A DNA stretch of 64,000 bases from Candidatus Spongiisociaceae bacterium (GTDB lineage Bacteria; Actinomycetota; Acidimicrobiia; Spongiisociales; Spongiisociaceae). The DNA lies in NCBI GenBank assembly GCA_965262915.1, contig OZ253564.1:3200001-3264000 (forward strand), in the 5' to 3' direction. A model generated the notes under the pieces. It was not told the origin of the DNA. It did not search any database and saw only the letters and a list, made by a program, of their open reading frames with translations. Of this stretch, positions 33,137 to 43,626 are shown in pieces (within the stretch, counting starts at the first letter, position 1; every line of letters begins with the position of its first letter). The translations under genes were made by a program, and so were the position numbers.

Positions 33137-33994
33137 CTAATCGAACGCCGACGCAGCAACGTCTTCTTGCAGTTCGTAGATTGATCCGGCGGGCCTTCTC
33201 GGGAGCGGGATTCGAACTGGTACGCGCTCGACGCGAGGCTCGATCGTTGGTTGGCCGCTGACAATGCGGCCATTGAATTCGTCGAAATCGTCAACGCCCA
33301 AGAGAGGCCAAGCATCGGCGGCGCCCATCTCCAGTAGGTAGAGACGACGCGACCGGTCCGAGGGATTTCGCGCCGAGCCGTGCAGCGCACGGACGTGGTG
33401 AATCGAGATACCGCCCGCCTCAACCTCGATCGGAACCGCGGCCTCCAGCAGGTCACGAATCGGCTTCGGATCGACTGCTCCGACGAAAAGGCCATCGGCG
33501 TGGTGGTTGAAGATGTCGCCTAGATGTGTGCCAGGAACGACTCTCAGACAACCGTTCTCCGTTGTCATATCGTCGAGTGGTATCCCAACGGCGAGCAGGT
33601 CATCGTTGGTGTGGGGAACGAAAGCCCAATCCTGATGCCATTCCACGGGTTCACCGCTCCGGGCTGCCTTCACATTGAGTTTGGTCTCCTGGTATCTAAT
33701 CCCGGAAGCACCAACCAACTGCTCGACGATCCCGAGGATCACCGAGTGTCGCAGCACTCCGTCGTACACGGGATCAACGACATTCGGATGTTTGATCCGT
33801 CGTACTCGAGGCGATGTCGGCGAGTGCTCCGGCCCGATGTCGAACACATCGCTGTGGCCTAGCAGGTTGCGGGACTCATGTAGGAGTAGGTCGGTGACCT
33901 GTCTAAGCCCATCGATCTCATCAGTGCTTAGGACGTTCTCGACTACGAGATAGCCGTCGTTGCGGTAGCTCTCGATCTGGAGCTTGGTCAACAT
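33137..33994 (-). CDS. Phytanoyl-CoA dioxygenase (PhyH) family Fe/2OG dioxygenase
   Basis: WHQD, ENGCLRVVPGTH, LHGSARN motifs. Confidence 0.88.
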   Translation of the reverse strand: MLTKLQIESYRNDGYLVVENVLSTDEIDGLRQVTDLLLHESRNLLGHSDVFDIGPEHSPTSPRVRRIKHPNVVDPVYDGVLRHSVILGIVEQLVGASGIRYQETKLNVKAARSGEPVEWHQDWAFVPHTNDDLLAVGIPLDDMTTENGCLRVVPGTHLGDIFNHHADGLFVGAVDPKPIRDLLEAAVPIEVEAGGISIHHVRALHGSARNPSDRSRRLYLLEMGAADAWPLLGVDDFDEFNGRIVSGQPTIEPRVERVPVRIPLPRRPAGSIYELQEDVAASAFD

Positions 33995-34090
33995 ATCTTC
34001 TCCGACACTCAGAGAACGCAACGGCATTGCATTATACACAATACTATCGGTCATCGTCGGGTTGGGGTCCTTTGCCAACCGGGGGTTACG

Positions 34091-34894
34091 TCAGCGAGCG
34101 AGCAGCCTCCGCAGGAATGCCTGAGTTCTCGGCTGACGGGGCTGGTTGAAGATCTCAGCTGGGGGACCTATCTCAACGACTCGTCCTTCGTCCATGAAGA
34201 TCACCTTGTCGGCAACATCCTGTGCGAAGTGCATCTCGTGTGTGACGACGATCATCGTCATCCCATCGTCTGCGAGTTTTCGTATGACCGCGAGCACCTC
34301 GCCAACGAGTTCCGGATCGAGGGCGGACGTCACTTCGTCGAACAGCATCACTTGCGGGCCCATGGCAAGGGCTCGGGCGATTGCGACGCGTTGCTGTTGC
34401 CCACCCGACAGACGCGCCGGGTACTCATGGGCCTTGTCTGCAAGGCCGACGTTGGCGAGCAGAGTCATGGCCAAAGCTTCGGCGTCGCCGGGGCTGAGCT
34501 TCCTGACTCGTTGGGGAGCGAGCGTCACGTTCCTGAGTACGGTGAGGTGCGGGAAGAGGTTGAACTGCTGAAAGACCATTCCCACCTCTTTGCGAAGGGC
34601 GTGGCGAACATCGGGGGCTGCGAGTGACGACGCTGCATCGCGCTCTTGGCGTTCCCCAACGGCAACGAGTTGATTCTCGATCCACAGCTCGCCGCTGTCG
34701 AATGGCTCCAATCGTGCGATCATGCGAAGCAGCGTGCTCTTTCCGGAGCCGCTCGGGCCGATGAGAACCAACACATCGCGCGGCTCTACATCAAGCGAGA
34801 TATCACGCAACACAGCCAAGGCGCCATACGACTTATCGAGCGACCGGACTCTGACCTTCGCCGACAGCGATCCCAGCGATCCGGCCCCGTTCAT
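34091..34894 (-). CDS. Polar amino acid ABC transporter ATP-binding protein
   Basis: [36 protein letters not shown]; ATGA overlap. Confidence 0.92.
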   Translation of the reverse strand: MNGAGSLGSLSAKVRVRSLDKSYGALAVLRDISLDVEPRDVLVLIGPSGSGKSTLLRMIARLEPFDSGELWIENQLVAVGERQERDAASSLAAPDVRHALRKEVGMVFQQFNLFPHLTVLRNVTLAPQRVRKLSPGDAEALAMTLLANVGLADKAHEYPARLSGGQQQRVAIARALAMGPQVMLFDEVTSALDPELVGEVLAVIRKLADDGMTMIVVTHEMHFAQDVADKVIFMDEGRVVEIGPPAEIFNQPRQPRTQAFLRRLLAR

Positions 34895-35559
34895 TGTTGA
34901 ATCCTCCATCGACCGCTCCCTCTCTTCTCCAGCCAACGCCCGATCCCGCCAAGCGGGTAGATCATTACGAAGTAGATGACACCGACGGCTACGAAGACCT
35001 CTAGGAAGCGGAAGGACTCCAGCGAGATCAGTGTCGCGGTGTGGGTGAGTTCCGGGACGCGGAGAATGCTGACATAGGCCGTTCCCTTGACGAGCAGCAT
35101 GGTGTGAGCCATGAACGCCGGTAGCACGACCGCGGCTGCCTGAGGTGCTACCACAAACCGAAAGGTGTCGAAGCGGCTGAGGCCGAGCACGCGCGCTGCT
35201 CGACGCTGGCTACCTGTCACTTCTTCGAGGCCGGCGCGAAAGATCTCGGACTTGTATGCCGCCTGATTCATACCGAGGGCGATCGCTCCCGCCTGGAACG
35301 ACGACAGAGAGATGTTGAGAACCACCGGCAGTACGAAGAATATCCAGACGAGCTGGACAACGAGCGGCGTCGTTCGGAAAAACTCGACGAACACAGTTCC
35401 CGGAATCCGAAAGATTCGATACCGCGACCTGCGGGCCAGGGCAAGCAACAGTCCGAGGACCACTCCAAGCGTAAGCGATATAGCTGCCAGGCCGAGCGTG
35501 TAGCGCAATCCGCGCAGGAGCGCCGGGATGTAGTGGACTAGTTCACCCACGAATTCCAT
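34891..35559 (-). CDS. Polar amino acid ABC permease
   Basis: [22 protein letters not shown] helices. Confidence 0.9.
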   Translation of the reverse strand: MEFVGELVHYIPALLRGLRYTLGLAAISLTLGVVLGLLLALARRSRYRIFRIPGTVFVEFFRTTPLVVQLVWIFFVLPVVLNISLSSFQAGAIALGMNQAAYKSEIFRAGLEEVTGSQRRAARVLGLSRFDTFRFVVAPQAAAVVLPAFMAHTMLLVKGTAYVSILRVPELTHTATLISLESFRFLEVFVAVGVIYFVMIYPLGGIGRWLEKRGSGRWRIQQ

Positions 35560-35563
35560 TCGC

Positions 35564-36223
35564 CTACCGGTCTCTCGAGATTCCCATAGCGTTTTCCATG
35601 CGATCAGAGAGCAGCACGATCGGATAGGATATTACGAAGTAGACGATAGCAACAACCGTATAGAACTCGATCGGCCTGAAGCTCTGGGTCGCACCGATCA
35701 AACCCGCATTGAGAAGGTCGGTCGCACCGATGAAACCGGCGAGTGCCGAATCCTTGATGATATTCACAGTCGAGCTCGTCATCGGTGGAAGGACTGCGCG
35801 TATCGCCAGCGGGAGGATTATGAAACGGTACCGGTCAGTCCGGCTCAGGCCAAGCACGATCCCCGCTCGTTTGTAGCCCTCAGGCACCGACTGGATACCG
35901 GCTCGGTAATTCTCGGCCATCACAACCGCTTGGTTCCAGGTCAACACGAGCAGCACCGCCTGAAAGGGAGTGAAGAACAAATCGAACGTACTCGCCAGGC
36001 CGAAGAACACCAAGAGTAGTTGGAGCGGCACGGGCGTCGACAACGTTGCTTCGATCATCCCCGTTATGCCGGGTCGAAGCACCGAAGACATACGCCCCAA
36101 CGCGAGTGGCAGTCCCCCTAGGGTTCCCATCACGAATGCCAATGAAGCCAAGGCAACGGTGAGCCATAGCCCTTGGAGAAGAAGGGGAATCCGCTCAAAT
36201 ACCGGGACGAAACTCAGTTCCAT
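35564..36223 (-). CDS. Polar amino acid ABC permease
   Basis: TPVPLQL, AENYRAGIQSV, IKDSAL. Confidence 0.9.
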   Translation of the reverse strand: MELSFVPVFERIPLLLQGLWLTVALASLAFVMGTLGGLPLALGRMSSVLRPGITGMIEATLSTPVPLQLLLVFFGLASTFDLFFTPFQAVLLVLTWNQAVVMAENYRAGIQSVPEGYKRAGIVLGLSRTDRYRFIILPLAIRAVLPPMTSSTVNIIKDSALAGFIGATDLLNAGLIGATQSFRPIEFYTVVAIVYFVISYPIVLLSDRMENAMGISRDR

Positions 36224-36383
36224 TTAGGCGATGAACCGGATGGAGCCTGTACCTTCACAGCTCGAACGCGATACAGAGGGAGAACCGGACACGGTGGGGT
36301 TACACCAAATGACGGACTCGGTATCGGCCTGCTTCCAGCGATGAGCGTATGTCCACCGTCCGCTCGCTCGCGCATCACCGTCC

Positions 36384-36488
36384 TAGGAGGGTCGTCTAAA
36401 ACGGTGGGGAGCAACGGCCCGTCTTCCTCTGAACAGGCATTATGTCATCGGTCGACGGGCCATGAAGGGGTTTCACACCACCCTCCTA
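36384..36488. mobile_element. MITE with family-A/IS1182-like ends (105 bp)
   Basis: CTAGGAGGGT...ACCCTCCTAG; lies between the binding-protein and permease genes; interior differs from the family A copies. Confidence 0.65.
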
Positions 36489-36495
36489 GCGGCCG

Positions 36496-38133
36496 CTACT
36501 CGTCAATATTGATCGGTTCGAGAAGTTCCTCCACATATTTGTCGAACAGTGGCTCGACTGCGTTCTCGGCTCGCAGGTCGGCGAGAAACGCATTGACGTA
36601 CTCCACGAACTCGGTGTCACCGTCAGGGAGCCCGTAGGCGACAAAATCACTCTGCAACGGCTCACTGACATCAGGTATGAACCTGACATCATCTCCATAC
36701 CGCGCCTCAACACGACGCGTCGTAAACGGTGTCTCGATCACGTGAACATCAGCCCGGCCGGTCAACACCTCAGCCAACGTCTGAACGTTGGTGATCCCAG
36801 CAACCGTCCGCTTCGTTACATTCGGCAGATACGTATCAACCACGGTCTCGCCGTACGAGCCGACACTCACGATCGCAGTAACCGACGGATCGTTCAGGTC
36901 ATCAAGCGTCTGATACGGACTATCAGCACGCACCAAGAACAGCTGGTCGACCGAATACAACGGATCAGAAAAGTCCAAAACCTCATCACGCTCAGCGCTC
37001 ACAACCAACGTAACCGTCATATCGTAACGATCAGCCTGCACACCCGCCGCGATCACATCCCACCCCACAGGAACGTACTCAACCTCCACACCCAACCGCT
37101 CAGCAAGCTGACCAGTCACATCAATATCAACACCAGTGATATCCCCCTCCGGAGTTTCAATCGACGTCGGCGCATAGAAGGCAACACCAACCCGCAACAC
37201 ACCACGATCCATAACCTCAGCCAACCGACCCTCAAAGGTGTATGCCTGAGAAATATCGATCGGTTCGAGGAGTTCCTCCACATATTTGTCGAACAGTGGC
37301 TCGACTGCGTTCTCGGCTCGCAGGTCGGCGAGAAACGCATTGACGTACTCCACGAACTCGGTGTCACCGTCAGGGAGCCCGTAGGCGACAAAATCACTCT
37401 GCAACGGCTCACTGACATCAGGTATGAACCTGACATCATCTCCATGCCGCGCCTTAACACGACGCGTCGTAAACGGTGTCTCGATCACGTGAACATCAGC
37501 CCGGCCGGTCAACACCTCAGCCAACGTCTGAACGTTGGTGATCCCAGCAACCGTCCGCTTCGTTACATTCGGCAGATACGTATCAACCACGGTCTCGCCG
37601 TACGAGCCGACACTCACGATCGCAGTAACCGACGGATCGTTCAGGTCATCAAGCGTCTGATACGGACTATCAGCACGCACCAAGAACAGCTGGTCGACCG
37701 AATACAACGGATCAGAAAAGTCCAAAACCTCATCACGCTCAGCGCTCACAACCAACGTAACCGTCATATCGTAACGATCAGCCTGCACACCCGCCGCGAT
37801 CACATCCCACCCCACAGGAACGTACTCAACCTCCACACCCAACCGCTCAGCAAGCTGACCAGTCACATCAATATCAACACCAGTGATATCCCCCTCCGGA
37901 GTTTCAATCGACGTCGGCGCATAGAAGGCAACACCAACCCGCAACACACCACGATCCATAACCTCAGCCAACCGACCCTCAAACGCCGGTTGTGGCGACG
38001 TAGCCGTGGTGGCTCCCGTCGTCGTGGTGTCTTCCGACTCGGAACTCCCGCACGCTACGGATATCAACATCAGTATTGCCATGACGATCGGGAGCGATCT
38101 GATATGGCGGGGCTGGCACCTGCTGCTCTGCAT
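36496..38133 (-). CDS. Lipoprotein ABC substrate-binding protein with two near-identical family-3 domains
   Basis: VAC lipobox; GVLRVG...GVDID...RYDM...DFSDP domain present twice. Confidence 0.9.
   Translation of the reverse strand: MQSSRCQPRHIRSLPIVMAILMLISVACGSSESEDTTTTGATTATSPQPAFEGRLAEVMDRGVLRVGVAFYAPTSIETPEGDITGVDIDVTGQLAERLGVEVEYVPVGWDVIAAGVQADRYDMTVTLVVSAERDEVLDFSDPLYSVDQLFLVRADSPYQTLDDLNDPSVTAIVSVGSYGETVVDTYLPNVTKRTVAGITNVQTLAEVLTGRADVHVIETPFTTRRVKARHGDDVRFIPDVSEPLQSDFVAYGLPDGDTEFVEYVNAFLADLRAENAVEPLFDKYVEELLEPIDISQAYTFEGRLAEVMDRGVLRVGVAFYAPTSIETPEGDITGVDIDVTGQLAERLGVEVEYVPVGWDVIAAGVQADRYDMTVTLVVSAERDEVLDFSDPLYSVDQLFLVRADSPYQTLDDLNDPSVTAIVSVGSYGETVVDTYLPNVTKRTVAGITNVQTLAEVLTGRADVHVIETPFTTRRVEARYGDDVRFIPDVSEPLQSDFVAYGLPDGDTEFVEYVNAFLADLRAENAVEPLFDKYVEELLEPINIDE
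36511..37983. repeat. Tandem duplication, 747-bp period
   Basis: 36511-37236 vs 37258-37983; only about 3 substitutions seen by eye. Confidence 0.95.
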
Positions 38134-38268
38134 GATGGGATAACTCCTATGCGACGGGGTAGTGGCAATTTAACCCTAACCTCCCGTTGCGGTGAGCGCA
38201 ACTGGTTTGTGACTACCGCAACACGGAAGCGTTCGCAATCAAGTTGTGAGATTCATGCAACGTACTTA

Positions 38269-38445
38269 GAGCCGCGCTGGTAAGTAGGAAGCCACTACTT
38301 GAGGTATATATCGGTTTTCATGCCGAGTGCGAAAACATCTCCAACTGGAGGGCATCGTGATGCGCCTGCTCGACCCTGAAGTGGTAAATGCGGTCTGGAC
38401 GACGGTTGAGGCCCTGATACGCCCTCGTGAGGAATCTCAGCACTG
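38269..38445 (+). mobile_element. IS5-family 5' remnant
   Basis: End-like GAGCCGCGCTGGTAAG after TTA; MRLLDPEVVNAVWTTVEALI resembles an IS5-type transposase N-terminus. Confidence 0.5.
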
Positions 38446-38703
38446 CGCGCTAACACCCGAGTCATCGATGTGTACCCGCCCAACCACCTTCAACCACAAA
38501 CGACACGCTCCATCAGCACCGCCGCCCGTGGAGGAGAGAGGCCGACCTCGCGCGCGTACAGCGAGGGGAGCGGGATCAACATCCCCGTACCGATCAGGTC
38601 CGGAACGTTGGCCGACAAACCGGACGGATCGACCGAATCAAAAGTCTGACGGGCGTTCCAGGACGAGGTGGGGCCGGTGCCATCCAGAGCGATACTGTCT
38701 CGT

Positions 38704-39453
38704 CTACTTGAAGATGGAAAAGCCACCGTCGGCGCGGATTACTTCTCCGGTAATGAAGGAGGCCCGATCGGAGAGGAGGAACTCGATGACCTCGGCGATT
38801 TCGTCGGGTTGGGCGAAGCGCTTGAGTGCGTGCCCGTCGATACGTTCCTGTACATCGAACGCCCCACGGACCGCGGCGTTACGGACCATCGGCGTGTCGA
38901 CGTATCCGGGCGCGACGGCGTTGATACGGATCCCGTGCTCGGCCCACTCCACGGCCAGCGTCCTCGTCAACGACCCGATACCCGCCTTCGCAACCGCATA
39001 CGGGAGGCGCCCCGGCCACGCGAAATCCTTGGCAACAGAACTGATGTTGACGATGGAACCTCCGGTTCCAGTAGAGATCATCGCGGTGGCCACTGCCTGA
39101 GCCACGAAGAAGGAACCGTCGAGATGTACCCCGAGGACCGAACGCCAACCGGCCTCTTCCAGATCTACACTGGCTCCGGCGTGATGGTTGCCGGCGCCGT
39201 TGACGAGTCCGACGACGGGCACCTGCTCTGCAAACAACGCTACGGCACTGCGCACCTGCGCACGGTCCGAGACGTCGCAGGGAACAGCGGCGACCCCGGA
39301 ATGGGACCCGAGTTCGGTAAGCGGATCACCCTCCAGATCGATGGCGCCCACCACCACACCGGGCCACCTTTCGAGCAGCATCTCGGTCACAGCAAGCCCG
39401 ATACCGCTCGCCGCGCCGGTCACCACCACACAGCGCTCCGCTACGTCTGCCAC
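38704..39453 (-). CDS. SDR oxidoreductase
   Basis: TGAASGIG, NGAG, YAVAK, NAVAPG, ITGEVI. Confidence 0.92.
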   Translation of the reverse strand: MADVAERCVVVTGAASGIGLAVTEMLLERWPGVVVGAIDLEGDPLTELGSHSGVAAVPCDVSDRAQVRSAVALFAEQVPVVGLVNGAGNHHAGASVDLEEAGWRSVLGVHLDGSFFVAQAVATAMISTGTGGSIVNISSVAKDFAWPGRLPYAVAKAGIGSLTRTLAVEWAEHGIRINAVAPGYVDTPMVRNAAVRGAFDVQERIDGHALKRFAQPDEIAEVIEFLLSDRASFITGEVIRADGGFSIFK

Positions 39454-39502
39454 GAAACGCCTCGCTCGCGATCCAAAGTCGACGATCCCACGTCGGCGTA
39501 CA

Positions 39503-40978
39503 TCATGGATGCCAATCGACGAAGTCGTCGAGGGGGTAGAGAGGCCGGGGTGCCCGGAGCCAGCTAAGAGCCGTGATGTCGGATTGGGTGGGACCGGGGG
39601 TGTCGGCCCGGATCACTTCGGATGTGACCGAGCGGAAGAACTGGAAGTTGGATGCGGTCTTGAGGACGGCGAGCTTATAGTCGCCCGGTTCCACCCCGAA
39701 CCGGCGATATATCACCGGCAGGTTCCCCCCCAACCCCCTCAACTCGGAGATCATCAACGTCACCGCACCGACATCGAAGATCACCGTAGTCCCCATATCC
39801 ACCTCAAGGCCCCAATGACCCGCCCCCCTCAAATCCAACACACCAGAGGCAACCGTTCGTACCACCCCCCTCACCTCCACAGGAGCAAAGAACGGAGTGG
39901 TGCACCCCCCAACCTCCACCGTCACCGTTGCCCCCTCACCGGCCGCCGTCAATCGTGCGACCGCCCCTCGGTCCACCATCGGGATCAACGCCGACACCCC
40001 ACCACCAATCCGCAACACCGACTCCAGGACCACCGTGCTGTCCCCTGCCGACCCACCGAACATCGAGTCGCCGGTGTCACTGATCACGACGACCCCGTCG
40101 GACGCCGCTACCGCCCTCAACACCGCTTCATCGGCCGACACGCTCTCCTTGACCTGGAACTCGTCTCGCATCGACCACGCCAGTTCCGCCAACTCGTCGG
40201 CACGTCGCTCTGCCCCTTTCCGGTCCCCATCGGTCACCACGACCGTGGCCCAACCTGCCTCCTCGACATCGAGCCACGGCTGCATAGGGAAGTTCGACAC
40301 CGACAACACCCCCGGCTCCAATTCCATCGCCCGCGCCCGATCAAACCACCGCTTCATCGGACCATGGGAGGTGAGGTATTGCTCCTGGTGGGAGATCAGA
40401 GGGATCTTGTGCCACGCCATCGTTGGCTCCGCCCCCTTGACTATCAGCAGCAGCAGCTCGGTCGACGCCCGGCCCGTCTCGACCTGGTCGTGCGGCTGTG
40501 TCCGATACCCCACCAGAGCGTCGCTGCCATCAACCATCCGCTCTGTCACGTTGGCGTGATGATCCAACGTCACCACGATCGGCACCGCCGCACCTACAAC
40601 CTCCCGACACCGTGCGATGATCGCACCCTCGACATCGTCGAGCTCCTCCCCTGCACAAGCCCCGTGCAGATGCAAAGCCACCCCCTCCACATCGCCCGCA
40701 TCCGCCAAACCATCGGCGATCGCATCCCGAAAGAACTCGAACGCCTCCCGCGTGATCCGACCACCCGCGGTGGTGTTGCCTCGGATGATCGGGACCGTTT
40801 CCACATCGGGCCACGACGCCACCACATCCAAATACCCACCGATGGTCGACACACCCCGCATCCTGTCGACCACCTCATCACCCAAATACAGTCCGAACGC
40901 CCGGAAATCCTCCAGCGTCGTGGGCTCCGGATTGAACGTATCCGTCTCCTGTCCGAATTGCGCCAGCGCCAACCGCAC
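39503..40978 (-). CDS. M81/MlrC-family metallohydrolase 1
   Basis: QETDTF, LHGA, DHHAN, PHDQ, PWLDV, RPLYPLD. Confidence 0.9.
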   Translation of the reverse strand: MRLALAQFGQETDTFNPEPTTLEDFRAFGLYLGDEVVDRMRGVSTIGGYLDVVASWPDVETVPIIRGNTTAGGRITREAFEFFRDAIADGLADAGDVEGVALHLHGACAGEELDDVEGAIIARCREVVGAAVPIVVTLDHHANVTERMVDGSDALVGYRTQPHDQVETGRASTELLLLIVKGAEPTMAWHKIPLISHQEQYLTSHGPMKRWFDRARAMELEPGVLSVSNFPMQPWLDVEEAGWATVVVTDGDRKGAERRADELAELAWSMRDEFQVKESVSADEAVLRAVAASDGVVVISDTGDSMFGGSAGDSTVVLESVLRIGGGVSALIPMVDRGAVARLTAAGEGATVTVEVGGCTTPFFAPVEVRGVVRTVASGVLDLRGAGHWGLEVDMGTTVIFDVGAVTLMISELRGLGGNLPVIYRRFGVEPGDYKLAVLKTASNFQFFRSVTSEVIRADTPGPTQSDITALSWLRAPRPLYPLDDFVDWHP

Positions 40979-41329
40979 TTTGGGTTCTTCCCCTCGTTTA
41001 CTGGTACAAGGCTGATGGTAAATGAAATCACGCCGACCCAGAGGTTCGCTCCCGATCGGCAGTTGAAGTCACTTACGGACAACACGGGCTGGAACGATTT
41101 CCTCGACCAACTAGAGGAGATCCGAAGGGTCGGCGCCGTCATATTCGGAACGGGGGGTGAGCCGGCGGGTTCCTATTCCGCGGCCTTTACCGAGAGCTCG
41201 TCTCGATCACCGCCGCGACTCAATAGTCGCCGCCACCGGGAAAGCCGCCCAACGGGCATCCCGCTCTCCTGGGTGCTCGGGGAACCCTCCCCGGCAGTAG
41301 CCCGTCACCCACATCTAGCCGTGGTAGGT

Positions 41330-42211
41330 CTAGGCGACGAAGACCATTGGCTCGGAGCCCGCTACTCCGACATCGTACGCGTAGAGGTCGCCCGAGCCCT
41401 TGACCGGGACTCCTCCCTCAATCGAACGCGCCGTCGTGACGACGAGGGTCGACCTGTCGGGCCCTGCGAACGTCACGGCGGTCACATTGGGAACCGGGAG
41501 ACGTATCCGGAGATCGAGTCTCCCATCCGGGTCGTAGCGACGTACTTCGCCCACACCCCAGAAGGCGATCCAGAGCCCACCGCCGCCATCGAGCGCCACT
41601 CCATCGGGGAGTCCATCGTCAGCGCAGAACTCCAGGAATACGTTCTCGTCCAGACGACCGCCCACAGGGTCCCACACGTCACGGCGAACGACATATTCGA
41701 ACGTGTCCACGTGAAAGAAGCTGCTCGCATCCGGGAGCCACGCAATCCCGTTCGACAAGGTGTAGCCGGCGCCTACCGCACCGACGGTCGTGCCGTCGAA
41801 TCTCCAGAGCGAACCGGCGAGCGGTGTTCTCGATCGCGTGGTAGTGCCGAACCAGAAGGACCCCGCCGGATCGCAAGCGCCGTCGTTGGTTACCGAATCG
41901 GGACCTTCACCCCTCAACGCCACGTTCGACAGCACGGACCCCGAACGATCGATCATTCCCACACCGTCACCGAGTGCAGCGACATACTCGCCAGGATTAG
42001 CGCTGAGACCGATGGCGGTGCACCTAACCGGTAACGACCGGCGTCTGTGTTTCCCGGTCCGCCAGTCCAGCGTGTTGAGAGCCGAGGACTCGTGAGCATC
42101 GATCCATACGACCTCCTCGGTTCGCGGGTCCCAGACCGGCGATTCCCCGAGCATGTCGCCCGACGCCACGAGCCGCCGCACGTCACCCCCAGCCGACAGC
42201 ACCGCCGTCAT
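41330..42211 (-). CDS. SMP-30/gluconolactonase family protein
   Basis: LGESPVWD, NDGACDP, SNGIAW, PDGVALD, VTTAR. Confidence 0.9.
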   Translation of the reverse strand: MTAVLSAGGDVRRLVASGDMLGESPVWDPRTEEVVWIDAHESSALNTLDWRTGKHRRRSLPVRCTAIGLSANPGEYVAALGDGVGMIDRSGSVLSNVALRGEGPDSVTNDGACDPAGSFWFGTTTRSRTPLAGSLWRFDGTTVGAVGAGYTLSNGIAWLPDASSFFHVDTFEYVVRRDVWDPVGGRLDENVFLEFCADDGLPDGVALDGGGGLWIAFWGVGEVRRYDPDGRLDLRIRLPVPNVTAVTFAGPDRSTLVVTTARSIEGGVPVKGSGDLYAYDVGVAGSEPMVFVA

Positions 42212-42275
42212 AGCGGCTCCCTCTTCATCGCGGGCTTCCAGTCCTGCTCGGAACCGCTCGGGTGCATCTGACAGG

Positions 42276-43055
42276 TCAGTAGTTGCTCCATCCGCCGTCG
42301 ACGGTGATGACCTGTCCGGTGATGAAGTCGCCGGCGGCACTGGCCAGGAACTGACAGGTCGCCGCGATGTCGTCGGGCATCCCCCGCCACGGAAGCGACT
42401 GCACCTGCTGCATCCACGCCAGAGTGGTGGCGGGGTCGCCGCCCTCCTCGCGCTCACGCTCCACCATGATGGCGCCGGGGACGACGCAGTTGACCCGGAT
42501 GCCGTTGGCACCCTCTGCCCGGGCAAGGGATCGAGTGAACGCCACCAGACCCCCCTTCGTAGTGACATAGTGCAGAGCTCTCGGATCGCCGATGTTGGCC
42601 ATCACCGAACCAACCGTGATGATCTTGCCATATGCCCGCCGCCGCATCCCCTCCACGGCGTGGAGCGCAAGGACAAACGATCCCCGCAGGTTTACCGCCA
42701 TCATCTGGTCCCACTGATCGACCGTGATCTCGTCCCACGGAACCTTGGCGGTATCGGCGGCGTTGGCTATCACGGTGTCAACACCCGGAGCGAACCAGGA
42801 ATCCGCCAACATCACGGCTTCGGCCATCTGATCGCCGTCAGCAGCATCGGCGACGATCGGCAGCATACGATCCTCCCCCAACTCCGTCACCAAAGCCGCC
42901 GCAAGCCGCTCGTTGCGTTCCGTCCCTCGATGCGTGATGGCTACCCTCGCCCCGGACGCTACAAACCGCCGGGCTACTGCGGCGCCGATCCCCCGCGTGG
43001 CGCCCGTCACCAGCGCCACGCGACCCTCCAGCGAGAAATCGGCATCGCCTCTCAA
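42276..43055 (-). CDS. SDR oxidoreductase
   Basis: TGATRGIG, YVTTK, NCVVPGAI, VDGG. Confidence 0.92.
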   Translation of the reverse strand: MRGDADFSLEGRVALVTGATRGIGAAVARRFVASGARVAITHRGTERNERLAAALVTELGEDRMLPIVADAADGDQMAEAVMLADSWFAPGVDTVIANAADTAKVPWDEITVDQWDQMMAVNLRGSFVLALHAVEGMRRRAYGKIITVGSVMANIGDPRALHYVTTKGGLVAFTRSLARAEGANGIRVNCVVPGAIMVEREREEGGDPATTLAWMQQVQSLPWRGMPDDIAATCQFLASAAGDFITGQVITVDGGWSNY

Positions 43056-43626
43056 AGAGACCTCCGGTCGGTCTTCTCAAACGCAAGTCGCCGCTCGGTC
43101 GGAACGTACCAGCCTTTTGGAGCACGCAATCGGTTCATGCAATCGGAGTAGGAGTAGCAGGTCAGAGCGATCACGTTGACGAACGATACGCCTCACTTGC
43201 GCTCGAAGTACGACTTGTCGCCGTAGTTGTCGGTGAGGATGGGTGCGCTTCCGATAGAGGTTGGCGACGCCGAACGTCCGGAGTCGTAACGAATCGTGGT
43301 TTCCACCCGGTACGTCTCGGCGGCCAAGTTTGCACACGTTCCGGACTCTCGCGGTGATAGTTAGAGTCCGCCGGGGCGGAGGAAGGGAGTACGGGATGGC
43401 AGACAACACCGGGGACAACTCGCCCGAGCTACCCGGCTCGGACTGTGACAATGATCCTTCTCCTACGGCCGGCATCGGGGGACCAGAGTGTCGACGCCAG
43501 TCCTGAGACTCCCCGGTCAAGCAGGATCTACAGCCCGAGGACTTCGTCGGCGCGGTTCTCCTCCCCTCAGACAGCCCAGGCGTATTTCCAGGTGAAGCTC
43601 AGCCTCCGTTCGGCACAGGATATGCG

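Noticed and set aside
36742-38283. 513-aa + strand repeat ORF
   Set aside because: Antisense shadow of the duplicated binding-protein gene.
39188-42034. 948-aa + strand ORF
   Set aside because: Antisense shadow of the SDR, MlrC and lactonase genes; no motifs except a short IclR-like patch in the spacer.
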